The translations under genes and the position numbers were made by a program. A stretch of 64,000 nucleotides of DNA from Fimbriimonadia bacterium (GTDB taxonomy: Bacteria > Armatimonadota > Fimbriimonadia > Fimbriimonadales > JABRVX01): positions 1-64,000 of the forward strand of contig JBGPGO010000002.1 in assembly GCA_041483895.1 (NCBI GenBank), in the 5' to 3' direction. Each line of letters opens with the position of its first letter. Within the stretch, counting starts at the first letter, position 1. Positions 1 to 8,768 of the stretch are shown here, one piece after another. The notes beneath the pieces are model-generated. The model was not told the DNA's origin and searched no databases. It was given only the letters and a program-made list of their open reading frames with translations.

Positions 1-387
1 GAACTTGCGGGCGTGGATGCTCTGCTCTCCGGTGCGCGTCACGAACGGCTCGCCTTCGACCCCCACGATGTCCCCCAGATCGACATGGTCAACCAGGGTC
101 CAATCCTCCGGCAGCTCATCCATCTTCAGATAGATTTGAATCTTGCCGGTCGAGTCCTGAATATGAATGAACGCGGCCTTTCCCATCGGCCGGAGAGAGA
201 CGATGCGGCCGGCAGCCGAAACCGGCTTGCCCGCAAGTTCGGCAAAGCGATCGTGGATCTCTTGGAGGAGGTGCGTTCGAGGAAAGCTTTCGATACGATA
301 CGGGTCGCGGCCCATTTCCTGAAGTTTGCGGAGCTTCGCTTCCCGAGTAGCCCGTTGTCCTCCCGCTTCGTGGTCGGTCGGCTCTAT
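1..387 (-). CDS. lysS: Lysine--tRNA ligase, N-terminal part (runs off window start)
   Basis: Manual translation gives IEPTDHEAGGQRATREAKLRKLQEMGRDPY...AAGRIVSLRPMGKAAFIHIQDSTGKIQIY...DLGDIVGVEGEPFVTRTGEQSIHARKF, the LysRS anticodon OB-fold. Follows greA. Absent from the ORF track. Confidence 0.93.
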   Translation of the reverse strand, partial: MEPTDHEAGGQRATREAKLRKLQEMGRDPYRIESFPRTHLLQEIHDRFAELAGKPVSAAGRIVSLRPMGKAAFIHIQDSTGKIQIYLKMDELPEDWTLVDHVDLGDIVGVEGEPFVTRTGEQSIHARKF

Positions 388-869
388 CGTTTAATCTCCT
401 CGATGACGTAGCTAAGCAGCCCGGCGGGGACGTTGATCTCCACTTTGTCCCCCTTCTTTCGGCCCAAGAGAGCCGATCCAAGGGGCGATTCGCGCGAGAT
501 CATGTCGTTGTCGGGGTCTGCCTCGAACGGCGTAACAATGCGGACATCGAAGTGCTCGCCCCGCTTCTTCGGGTTCTTTAGCGTGACGATGGAGCCGAGG
601 CCGACGACGTCCGTGGGTATGTCCCGGGTCCTTAGCTTGATGGCCGCTCCGAGCACCTCTTTCAATTCCGAGATTCGGTTCTCAATCAAGGCCTGCTCGA
701 ACTTGATTTCGTCCATCTCGGTGTTGTCGTCGGCAAATTCGCCATGTTCCTTGGATTCGCGAATTCGGTTCGCGATATCAGATCGTCGCGCCATCGTTAG
801 GTGCTTCAGTTCCGCTTCAAATTTGTCGAAACCCTTTGGCGTCAGGTAAATGGTTGGGTCTTCAATCAT
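384..869 (-). CDS. greA: Transcription elongation factor GreA
   Basis: YLTPKGFDKFEAELKHL...EHGEFADDNTE...EADPDNDMISRESPLGSALLG. ATG at 869 has GGAG upstream. Confidence 0.93.
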   Translation of the reverse strand: MIEDPTIYLTPKGFDKFEAELKHLTMARRSDIANRIRESKEHGEFADDNTEMDEIKFEQALIENRISELKEVLGAAIKLRTRDIPTDVVGLGSIVTLKNPKKRGEHFDVRIVTPFEADPDNDMISRESPLGSALLGRKKGDKVEINVPAGLLSYVIEEIKR

Positions 870-962
870 ATAGGACTCCGATAATTCACGGGCGACAGGG
901 GGCATTTCTAAGGGGCGCATTTTAGCACAGTCGCATCCGTTTGTCAATAACAGGCGAGCGAA

Positions 963-1661
963 TTAAATTTGGAACGTAGAATCCGGAATTGTGCCGCTGT
1001 TCGCTTTGATGTTGCTGTAGGAGGTGGTGCCGGCGCTCTTGCCCTCCACGTTCTGTACTTCAACCGTGGTCGGGACATACACACCCGAATACGACTTGAC
1101 ATCCCGGTAAAAGAACGTGGCCTTCAATCGGCCTTCCTGGCCGTACCACTCCCGTTTGGTTATTACCTTGGTGGTCGGGTCCACCCAAACGCGATGCCGC
1201 GAGGTGTCATCATTGTATACGTACGTAAGGTCGAATACCCATTCATTCGACTCCCGGTCCGTCCGGACGTACTTCCCCTTCATGAATTCGGTGACGCCCT
1301 TGTCGATGATGCCGAAATCCAGCATGCTCTGGCGCTTGCCGGGAGATTCCTTCGTGTCCTCGGTAATCCTCTGCTTGACCGCGGGGATGTTGATCACTTT
1401 TTTGGCGCCTACCAGCACGTAGCTGATATGGGCGCTCTGATATGTGCCGTCCATCCGCATCTTGGAGGGCTGCTTGTACTTTAGCGTCATAGACGTAAAG
1501 TTGTAAGCGGTGGCGAAATCCCGGCTGATCTTTCGCAGCTCGCCGAAATTGGCTTTGGAAACCTTGGCGGTTAATGACAGATCTTTGAGCGACGACTGAA
1601 CGATATCCTCAAATTTCGGAGTGGCGGAAGCCAGCAAAAATACGGATAGAACGGTAATCAT
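963..1661 (-). CDS. Secreted LolA-like / outer-membrane lipoprotein-sorting family protein
   Basis: Signal peptide MITVLSVFLLASA. Motifs HRVWVDPTTKVITKREWY and GVYVPTTVEVQN are typical of LolA-like folds. Confidence 0.65.
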   Translation of the reverse strand: MITVLSVFLLASATPKFEDIVQSSLKDLSLTAKVSKANFGELRKISRDFATAYNFTSMTLKYKQPSKMRMDGTYQSAHISYVLVGAKKVINIPAVKQRITEDTKESPGKRQSMLDFGIIDKGVTEFMKGKYVRTDRESNEWVFDLTYVYNDDTSRHRVWVDPTTKVITKREWYGQEGRLKATFFYRDVKSYSGVYVPTTVEVQNVEGKSAGTTSYSNIKANSGTIPDSTFQI

Positions 1662-1781
1662 CAATTCCCCCCTTTTGATCCACAAACGATGATACCGGAT
1701 ACGTGCCTTTGGTCCAAAGAGTGCCCGCTGCTGGGCCGATTTCCTAGGCCCCATCCGCCGTTCCGGGTAGAAAAGAAGAAT

Positions 1782-2519
1782 ATGAGCGATCCACGCATCC
1801 GCCCGGCGATGGAAGGCGACGGCCTCGATCAACTGGTCGGCATCGTCACAGGACTGCTGGACTATTCGTGGCAGTTGGGAAAGCACGGAGACTGGGCCGC
1901 GGCATGGGACTCCGCGCAGAAAAGTGCCGGACCTTCCCGTCACAACAAGCTGCTCACGCGCATGGCGCGCGAGATGAGGGAGATAGAGCGGGAAGCGGAA
2001 TGGTTCCCGCCCCCAAGCCGTGTCCCCGTATCCATCCACCATCGGCACGTCCTGAAGGTGATTCGGTTTTGGCTCATGGAAGGGGTTGGGGCGGAATGCT
2101 TCCGAGGGTTCATGGGCATCGGACTCCTCGATGTGGAGGACCGTTGGCCGGAGGAGCTGCGGTCGGCGTGCGAGGCGTGGGGGAGCGAGCGGGTCTCGGC
2201 GGCAAACTACATCGATCTATTGGCGGCAAGCAAGTCCCGGTCGCATGCAATCCATAGTGAATGGCCGCTGCCGGAAGAGTGGATGCCGGACGACCTGGCC
2301 GCCATCGCCCAGGCGGTCGTTTTTGCCGTCTACCTTGGGATCGATGCCTGCACGTCGCGATTTACGGCGCGGACCTCCGACGGGTCTCGGCCGGATGCCT
2401 CCGTTCTTTCACCGGTCCGCCGCTCGCTGATTGAGAACTGGCCGGAGGATCGGCTTGTTGGCGATCTGGCTGCTGTGGGCGTCCTGGTAACGGTCATTGG
2501 CAAACCATCCACCCCGTAA
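1782..2519 (+). CDS. Hypothetical protein
   Basis: Long ORF filling the gap between genes; no recognised motif. Confidence 0.6.
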   Translation: MSDPRIRPAMEGDGLDQLVGIVTGLLDYSWQLGKHGDWAAAWDSAQKSAGPSRHNKLLTRMAREMREIEREAEWFPPPSRVPVSIHHRHVLKVIRFWLMEGVGAECFRGFMGIGLLDVEDRWPEELRSACEAWGSERVSAANYIDLLAASKSRSHAIHSEWPLPEEWMPDDLAAIAQAVVFAVYLGIDACTSRFTARTSDGSRPDASVLSPVRRSLIENWPEDRLVGDLAAVGVLVTVIGKPSTP

Positions 2520-2688
2520 GATTCCAGGCAGTAGCTCTTCTCCGAGACTCATTAATCATGATTGCTGATGTCTCGACTCTGACAATTTGGCCGATCAGGT
2601 TCGTCCTTTGGAGTGGAAGAGTCTTTGGGCCGACATCCAATTTGGCACGCCGAATCGGCCAATCATCTCCTCCGGGAGGGTAGTCATT

Positions 2689-3378
2689 ATGAAGTCGATT
2701 TACCTGTTCGCCGCCGTTACACCGTTCGTTGTCGCTGCTTCTGCTTGTCTCGGGAATGATCCCACCAGTTGGCAGGAAGGGTTGGGCATCTCAATCGTTG
2801 CCGGAAACCTTCGGATCAGCGCGACGTACGTCCGCGACACATCGGCGAAATTGCGTGTATCCGTGTTTGAATTGGCCCCTTGTTACGCCTTTCACGCAAG
2901 AACCGGATGTCGAACAGATGAGGTTTGGAAATTGCGGCGAGCCGGGCTAGGCTGGGGTGAGATTGCCCATCGACTTGGGGTCCATCCCGGGACGTTCAAT
3001 AAGCTTCGGAAACAGGGATTGTTCGACAATGACCGATTTTGGCGAGATGCGGTCTGCTCTCGGTATAAAGTTCCTGACAGTGACGTCAATGACCTCCGAA
3101 AGAGAGGTTATTCCTGGATGGAAATTGCTCCGATGGCCCACGTCTGCCACACGTCTGGTGTTGACCTGCGAGACGTCGAGTCGCGTTATCATAATGACCG
3201 AAATTGGGACCATGTTCGGGAGCATTTTCGAGGCGGGAGAAAGGAAGGTATCGGGAAGCCGGGCCGTATGGGGAACGAACATGGACATTCGGAGAAGCAA
3301 GATAAAGGTCAGGGTTGGCACGGCGACGAAAACCCCGGCGACCGTGGCCACGGTCACGGCAGGGGTCGGAAAGACTGA
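2689..3378 (+). CDS. Hypothetical secreted protein with Gly/His-rich tail
   Basis: SD GGGAGGG, N-terminal hydrophobic stretch, repeated LRR(K)xGxxWxEIA motifs and a GHGHG tail. Confidence 0.65.
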   Translation: MKSIYLFAAVTPFVVAASACLGNDPTSWQEGLGISIVAGNLRISATYVRDTSAKLRVSVFELAPCYAFHARTGCRTDEVWKLRRAGLGWGEIAHRLGVHPGTFNKLRKQGLFDNDRFWRDAVCSRYKVPDSDVNDLRKRGYSWMEIAPMAHVCHTSGVDLRDVESRYHNDRNWDHVREHFRGGRKEGIGKPGRMGNEHGHSEKQDKGQGWHGDENPGDRGHGHGRGRKD

Positions 3379-3484
3379 AAGCCCGGCACATTCCTGCGGA
3401 TGCGGCCTGTTTTTGTTTGCGCGTGAGCCAAATTGGGCCGGAAGGCTGATCGCGAGTACCAGATTGTAGTCCACGACGGTGGGT

Positions 3485-4141
3485 CTATGGTTTGGGCCGC
3501 AGGCTTTCGAGGTAATCCGTCCACAACGCGTCAAACGACTTCCCCGCCGTCTTTTCCCAAATCTCCGGCGTGTATGTGCCCTCATGCAGCGCCGTGTTCA
3601 GCTTTTTCACCAAATTCTTGTCGTACGTCCGGCAGGCCCAATCGAGAAACGCCCCGACATCGCGATAGCCCCGCTTGTAGTCGGCCCTATCCGGATTGAC
3701 ATTCGGCCGGGCGGAGACCGGCTCGTAGTTGAAGAAGCGCACGTAGTCGGCGATCCCTTCCACCAGCCAAGACGGATCGTACTTCGGATACGATTGAACG
3801 ACATGGGCCAGCTCGTGGACGACGAGGCCGATATCGTCTTCGTGCTTGCGGACGTAGTCGCCGTTGACGGTGATGCGGCGCCCACCCGTCCCCGCAATCC
3901 CTTTCCCGTGAGTTTCGATCACCAGGGTGACGGCCTTGACCGGCTTCTTATCGGCCACACCCAGAATGTCGCAGATTTTCGGATACCACTCGGCAATGAG
4001 CTTCTGGGCCTTCTCGCCCCACGGCTTAAGTTCCGGGTCTTCGACCGTCAGTTTGAATGAATCGAGGTTTACCGGCGCGGGTGGGGGCGGCTGGACAGCC
4101 TGGGAATTGGCAAAGATTGTGATGAGGAGTGCGGCTATCAT
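3485..4141 (-). CDS. Basic secretory protein (BSP) family zinc metallopeptidase
   Basis: Signal peptide; VVHELAHVVQ and PSWLVEGIADYVR motifs. Confidence 0.85.
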   Translation of the reverse strand: MIAALLITIFANSQAVQPPPPAPVNLDSFKLTVEDPELKPWGEKAQKLIAEWYPKICDILGVADKKPVKAVTLVIETHGKGIAGTGGRRITVNGDYVRKHEDDIGLVVHELAHVVQSYPKYDPSWLVEGIADYVRFFNYEPVSARPNVNPDRADYKRGYRDVGAFLDWACRTYDKNLVKKLNTALHEGTYTPEIWEKTAGKSFDALWTDYLESLRPKP

Positions 4142-4153
4142 GCCCGTTTATAC

Positions 4154-4792
4154 CTAATCGCCACCCTGCTTGCCGTTCGTCGGTTTCCCGTGGACTGCGT
4201 ATGAGAACACTTCCGGCAGATAGGTCCGGTACACATAGTCCGTATCAGGCTCGCTCGCGTGGCAGCCTTGGCAGTGCGGAATCTGATCGCCAGACGCCGT
4301 AACCTTGCCGCGGGGGTCAAGGATAAAGTATTGCCAATCCCCCGTTGCCGGGCTGGAGCCTTTCGCCCCTTTTCGCATGGCGGTCATCATTACCGGGCTC
4401 GTGGCCTTTTCCGACGTCAGTTTCTCCTTGACGATCATCGATCCGGCGGGAAACAGCGTTTTTCCCTTCCGGTACATGGCCGCTCGACCGATGTCGTTGA
4501 CATAGACTGTGAAGAAGTACTTGCTGTGTGGATCGTGAGCGAGCAGCTCGCTTTCCGCCGGGGTGAGCTGGCGGCACAACTCGATAAGCCGGTTAGAAAG
4601 CTGCAGGGGCTTTGCATTCACCCGCTTCCAGCTCTTATAGGGTTCGAACCGCATCGCAAGCTGGTCGGGAAGCTGTACGGGCTGAGCGTTGGCCGGCTTC
4701 CGACTGTTGTGACTCCCCGCGCCATCGTCCGGCCTGCACGCAAGAAGCGCACCCGCGACAACCGCGACCGGCAATATCCAAATCTTCATCAT
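4154..4792 (-). CDS. Cytochrome P460-family lipoprotein
   Basis: Lipobox LLAC, FPAGSMIVKE, TGDWQYF and C-terminal CQGCH heme motif. Confidence 0.8.
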   Translation of the reverse strand: MMKIWILPVAVVAGALLACRPDDGAGSHNSRKPANAQPVQLPDQLAMRFEPYKSWKRVNAKPLQLSNRLIELCRQLTPAESELLAHDPHSKYFFTVYVNDIGRAAMYRKGKTLFPAGSMIVKEKLTSEKATSPVMMTAMRKGAKGSSPATGDWQYFILDPRGKVTASGDQIPHCQGCHASEPDTDYVYRTYLPEVFSYAVHGKPTNGKQGGD

Positions 4793-4958
4793 CACGCCTC
4801 CCGTCAATAGTATGCGAAGATCGTCGGCCAGAGTTCCCAGGCATCGGACACATCCCCGCAAATAAACGGTGGATTCGGAACCCGGGCGGTTAGATTTCGT
4901 GTAACATAACGTCGGGGCTGGCACTCTAAGGGTTGTGTCAGAATGTTTAGCAATCAAT

Positions 4959-5522
4959 ATGGCTGTTACTGGGCAGGTCAGCATAGACCAAGACAAAGTC
5001 CTCGTCGACAGGTTCCTGCAGGGAGATATAGCCGCTTTCGACGAGATTTTTACCTGCCATAAGGAGCGGGTGTTTGCCATCTCGCTCAGCATTCTCGGAA
5101 ATCATGAAGACGCCGAGGATGCGGTCCAGGACACCTTCAGCCTCGTTCACCGCCACCTCACCAAGTTCGATGGCAGGGCCCGATTTTCAACCTGGCTTTA
5201 TAGAATTGCCGTCAATTCCGCGATTCAATGCACCCGCAGGCGAAAGGCGCGGCCGAAGACCGTGGAGCTGACAGAGGCGATGCATGTCGTCGCCGAATCC
5301 GCAAACCCTGTCATCGCCGATCCCGTTATACAAAAGGCGATGGCGCAAATGGACGGGAAAGATCGGGCGCTGCTCGCACTTTTTTACTGGCAGGACATGA
5401 CGCTCGAAGAGATCGCCGAAGTGATCGCCTGCTCGCCAAACGCCGCCAAAACGCGCCTGTTTCGAGCACGCGAGCGGTTCAAGCAGAACTATGTTCAACT
5501 CGGCGGGGAGGGATCCGTATGA
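4959..5522 (+). CDS. ECF RNA polymerase sigma factor
   Basis: DAEDAVQDTF, FSTWLYRIAVN, EEIAEVI...AKTRLFRARE. Confidence 0.92.
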   Translation: MAVTGQVSIDQDKVLVDRFLQGDIAAFDEIFTCHKERVFAISLSILGNHEDAEDAVQDTFSLVHRHLTKFDGRARFSTWLYRIAVNSAIQCTRRRKARPKTVELTEAMHVVAESANPVIADPVIQKAMAQMDGKDRALLALFYWQDMTLEEIAEVIACSPNAAKTRLFRARERFKQNYVQLGGEGSV

Positions 5523-6823
5523 CCACGCGTCACGTCAGCCCGCGGAAGCTGTGGGAGTACCAGGAAGGCCTTCTCTCGGACCAGGAATCCAATCAGATTG
5601 CAGAGCACGTACGGAACTGCGAGAATTGTAAGAAGGCGATCGACCTCGATCAGTCAATCTTCACCAAATTTCAGGAATCGCGCCCAAACGCCGCGGGCGC
5701 GGGGAGTCTCCGATTTGTGCCGTCGGATAGACCCGTAGAACGCACCATCAACCCGCTCCGGTGGGCGGTCACTGTCGCCGGGGTCGCGATTTTGGCGTTC
5801 GGCGGCATCGGCGTGTTCAACTCTCTGTCATCTCGGAAGGCCTATCAGCCGACGCCTGTGGTCGAAAACAATCGCTCTACTGAGCCGCAGCCGATTGTGC
5901 GAGAGAGAGGAAACAAAGCCCAACCGCCGCCGGTTGCCCACGGCGAGGGGATGGCAGCGCCCGGTCATAAGAATTCAGAACGCAAGACAGATTCGACAGT
6001 GAGCAAGCAGATTGTCAGCCCTAAGAATGTCGTCGAGGGCAGTGTCGAGGGGGGAAGAGCTGCATCCAACCCGGCCACGCCAACTGCGGACAAAGACACC
6101 GGTAAAAATCGCAGCGACGGCAAATCGGCAGTCTCGCTCAATGAGGCGGCCAAACCAAGCGGCGGGCTAGGCGGATTTGGCGGCGGAGGCGGCGGCGCCG
6201 GTGGGTATGCGGCCTTGGGGTACTTGGCCAGCGTCACCGTTCACAAAGATCACAAGCAGCTTTCGCAATCCATCATGGAACGGAAAGTGGGCGAAAAGGA
6301 ACAGCCTCACGGTGATAGCGCTGAGTTACTAAGGAGTGCGGCTTCGAAGGACTCTCTCCGCGAAGAGGTCCGATCCCAACAACTGACAGATGTCGCCGGC
6401 AACGCCAAGAACGTCTCCGACTATCTGTACTATCGGGTCAATCTGGATAACGTGGAAATCAAACTCGGCAAAGTTGTGGATGAGCTGCGCAATCAGACCA
6501 GCGTCGGCTTTGTACTGCCGCTAGTCCTATCCGATACGGTTGTCTCGGCGCAGTTCAAGAACGCCGAACTCGGCATTGCCCTCGGAAACATCGCAATCGC
6601 CACAGGAACCGAATGGGAAGACATGAAGGGACAGATTCGGTTCTTTTCAGCAGACGAAGTCAACAAGAAGCGAGATGTCAAGCTAGGCGCGACCGCGCGG
6701 AGCGTACAAGACGGCGCAAAGAAGGCGATTCTAATCTGTCCGACATGCAAGCTCCGAATCCCGCAACGCACATGGACCTGGATCTTCTGCCCGTTTTGCG
6801 GCAACCCGCTCGGCAAACCCTGA
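5519..6823 (+). CDS. zf-HC2 transmembrane anti-sigma factor with C-terminal STN-like domain and zinc ribbon
   Basis: ATGA overlap with the sigma gene, HVRNCENC, one TM helix, terminal CPTC...CPFCG. Confidence 0.8.
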   Translation: MTTRHVSPRKLWEYQEGLLSDQESNQIAEHVRNCENCKKAIDLDQSIFTKFQESRPNAAGAGSLRFVPSDRPVERTINPLRWAVTVAGVAILAFGGIGVFNSLSSRKAYQPTPVVENNRSTEPQPIVRERGNKAQPPPVAHGEGMAAPGHKNSERKTDSTVSKQIVSPKNVVEGSVEGGRAASNPATPTADKDTGKNRSDGKSAVSLNEAAKPSGGLGGFGGGGGGAGGYAALGYLASVTVHKDHKQLSQSIMERKVGEKEQPHGDSAELLRSAASKDSLREEVRSQQLTDVAGNAKNVSDYLYYRVNLDNVEIKLGKVVDELRNQTSVGFVLPLVLSDTVVSAQFKNAELGIALGNIAIATGTEWEDMKGQIRFFSADEVNKKRDVKLGATARSVQDGAKKAILICPTCKLRIPQRTWTWIFCPFCGNPLGKP

Positions 6824-6828
6824 ATGCA

Positions 6829-6860
6829 ACTTCGGCCCCCCGAAGATGGAAGGCCGAAGT
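6829..6860. terminator. Hairpin at convergent gene junction
   Basis: ACTTCGGCC...GGCCGAAGT inverted repeat. Confidence 0.5.
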
Positions 6861-6887
6861 CATCTTGCCTAATTGAGCACTCAGTCG

Positions 6888-7403
6888 TTAGTTTTCTTCA
6901 CAGATAAGGTTGATTTTGCCGAATTTTCTATTGCAGATCACCCAGCCATAGCGGTCCCAGACGAGGTTGTAGTTGATCGGATCCAACACGATGATTTCTG
7001 CCGAATCCGGACCCCAGAAGCTGTCTTTGACGTAGACGAGAACCACAACGGGCGTTCGATTAAAGTAGCCCCGAGTCGTAGCGAAGAATGCGTCCGGACC
7101 TGTGCACTGAAATTCTTCCGGGCAGCGGAACTCCACAACGTTGATCGGACACCGCTTTTTCGAGAAGTCCGTATCCGGCGTCAGCTCGGCTTCCTTCTTC
7201 CGGAACTCGCCGGCCCAAAAATCCCCCATCTTCGAATCGGGAGTCGATGACACAAACGTGTCGATTGCCAGCCATGTATTTCGGTTCGTTTCGACGACGG
7301 CAACCTTGCCGCACGGGCCGGTGTATACGGCACCGGTTTCGCTCTGACCGAAAACCAGGGAAGCGCCGGAGACCGCTAGCAGTGCGAAAATGAATTTCTT
7401 CAA
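6888..7403 (-). CDS. Hypothetical secreted protein, paralog of 7544-8020
   Basis: TTG start with SD, signal peptide; shares FVxSTPDSK, EFxCPExFxCxG and GPDS...WxRYGW with its neighbour. Confidence 0.75.
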   Translation of the reverse strand: MKKFIFALLAVSGASLVFGQSETGAVYTGPCGKVAVVETNRNTWLAIDTFVSSTPDSKMGDFWAGEFRKKEAELTPDTDFSKKRCPINVVEFRCPEEFQCTGPDAFFATTRGYFNRTPVVVLVYVKDSFWGPDSAEIIVLDPINYNLVWDRYGWVICNRKFGKINLICEEN

Positions 7404-7466
7404 CGAGATATCCCTCCTTCACATAGTGAAAGCGAACCTGACGGCCCGCAGAATCACGCGCGAACT

Positions 7467-7492
7467 TTTACGCGCAAGTAATCTTACCACGG
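7467..7492 (-). promoter_or_regulatory. Conserved upstream element / promoter, copy 1
   Basis: TTTACGCGCAAGTAATCTTACCACGG is identical to 8085-8110; the minus strand contains TGGTAAGAT (extended -10-like). Confidence 0.6.
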
Positions 7493-7543
7493 TTGAATTC
7501 GGTTCGCTACCCGAATATTGCGAATCTGGTAGAAGCAAGCGGT

Positions 7544-8020
7544 CTATTCGTCGCACAAAATGTGTAAGCGACCAGTGCCCGGCCTTAGCCAGCCGTATCG
7601 CTCCCAGATCAGATTGCCGGTGATGTTATCGAGTACGGCGACATCCAACGAATCCGGACCATAGAACCTGTCTTCCACTACGACTATGGCGACCACGAGG
7701 TGACGATTGAAATAGGCGCGATTCGTTGCAAAGAGGGCCACGTTGCCATCACAGTTGAATACTTCCGGGCACTGAAATTCAAGATGGTTGATGGGCGCCG
7801 CTTTCGGTCCCTGCGCCGGTCCCGCGAATTCGTCTAACTCGAAAGGGCCGTACTTAGAATCTGGGGTCGATGCGACGAAACAGTCGAATCTCAACAATGT
7901 GTTTCTATTCGAATTGACCAGCGGCTGGCCATTCGTGTAAACGATGCCCGATTCGCTGCCTTGCGCAAACATCGAAACGGCAAACAATACGAACGATGCA
8001 AAAAGCAATAACCTCTTCAA
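7544..8020 (-). CDS. Hypothetical secreted protein, paralog of 6888-7403
   Basis: TTG start after GGAGG, signal peptide, motifs shared with its neighbour. Confidence 0.75.
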   Translation of the reverse strand: MKRLLLFASFVLFAVSMFAQGSESGIVYTNGQPLVNSNRNTLLRFDCFVASTPDSKYGPFELDEFAGPAQGPKAAPINHLEFQCPEVFNCDGNVALFATNRAYFNRHLVVAIVVVEDRFYGPDSLDVAVLDNITGNLIWERYGWLRPGTGRLHILCDE

Positions 8021-8084
8021 AATGGTTTCCTCCCTTTTCAAATGAAGCGCGAAAAAGAACCGCGGTGATGACACCACAGGGACA

Positions 8085-8110
8085 TTTACGCGCAAGTAAT
8101 CTTACCACGG
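8085..8110 (-). promoter_or_regulatory. Conserved upstream element / promoter, copy 2
   Basis: Exact 26-bp match to 7467-7492. Confidence 0.6.
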
Positions 8111-8187
8111 CGGCGCGAAGTTCGCCGCCCGCAAAAAGGGAACCTGGTAGGAAACAGGGTTATCGTAACGCTGATCGGACAGAAAAG

Positions 8188-8706
8188 CTATTTTCCTACT
8201 TTTGAAGCGGTAAGAATCTGAAGGTCTTTTATCACCTGTTGCCTCACCGCGTCGGACGTGCGCATCGCGGCCAGATCTTTGCGGACATCCGCAAGCGCTT
8301 TCTCCTTGTCCGCTTCGGCGAATGCCTTCAGCACACTTGCATGGAGTGGGCTCTTGGAAAACTCCTCATGGCCTAACGCCAACGCAATATCCCTCGCAAG
8401 GCGATCGATAAGAGCGGGATTGGACCCGATCGGCGCCATCTTCAGAAGTTCCGGCTTGATTTTATCCGCCGTCGCTTGGATCGTCAAATTCGACCGCATC
8501 GTCGGCGTCACCTTGATGCTCTTGAGATTGGCGTTCGGCAGCTTCGTGGGAACGACGCTCTTGACGCCGCCCTTTTGGACGGGAGTGGCAGTGGCCGCGG
8601 ATGTGGGCGGCTTTACCGGCGTTATTTTCCCCGGTGTCGTTGTCTTCTGACCGGAAACACCAGACACACAAAATGCGAATGCGACCGCAAATAAGAGACC
8701 CTTCAT
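8188..8706 (-). CDS. Hypothetical secreted protein
   Basis: SD GGGGG, signal peptide, Pro/Thr/Lys-rich linker. Confidence 0.65.
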   Translation of the reverse strand: MKGLLFAVAFAFCVSGVSGQKTTTPGKITPVKPPTSAATATPVQKGGVKSVVPTKLPNANLKSIKVTPTMRSNLTIQATADKIKPELLKMAPIGSNPALIDRLARDIALALGHEEFSKSPLHASVLKAFAEADKEKALADVRKDLAAMRTSDAVRQQVIKDLQILTASKVGK

Positions 8707-8768
8707 GATTCAATCCCCCTTTGGCCGTGCAACACCATCATAATAGACGACATGGAAGGCGTTGCGTC

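Noticed and set aside
13..411. 132-aa plus-strand ORF
   Set aside because: Antisense shadow of lysS, which has the recognisable motifs.
2643..2658. TGGCACG as a sigma-54 promoter
   Set aside because: The -12 position reads CG rather than GC.
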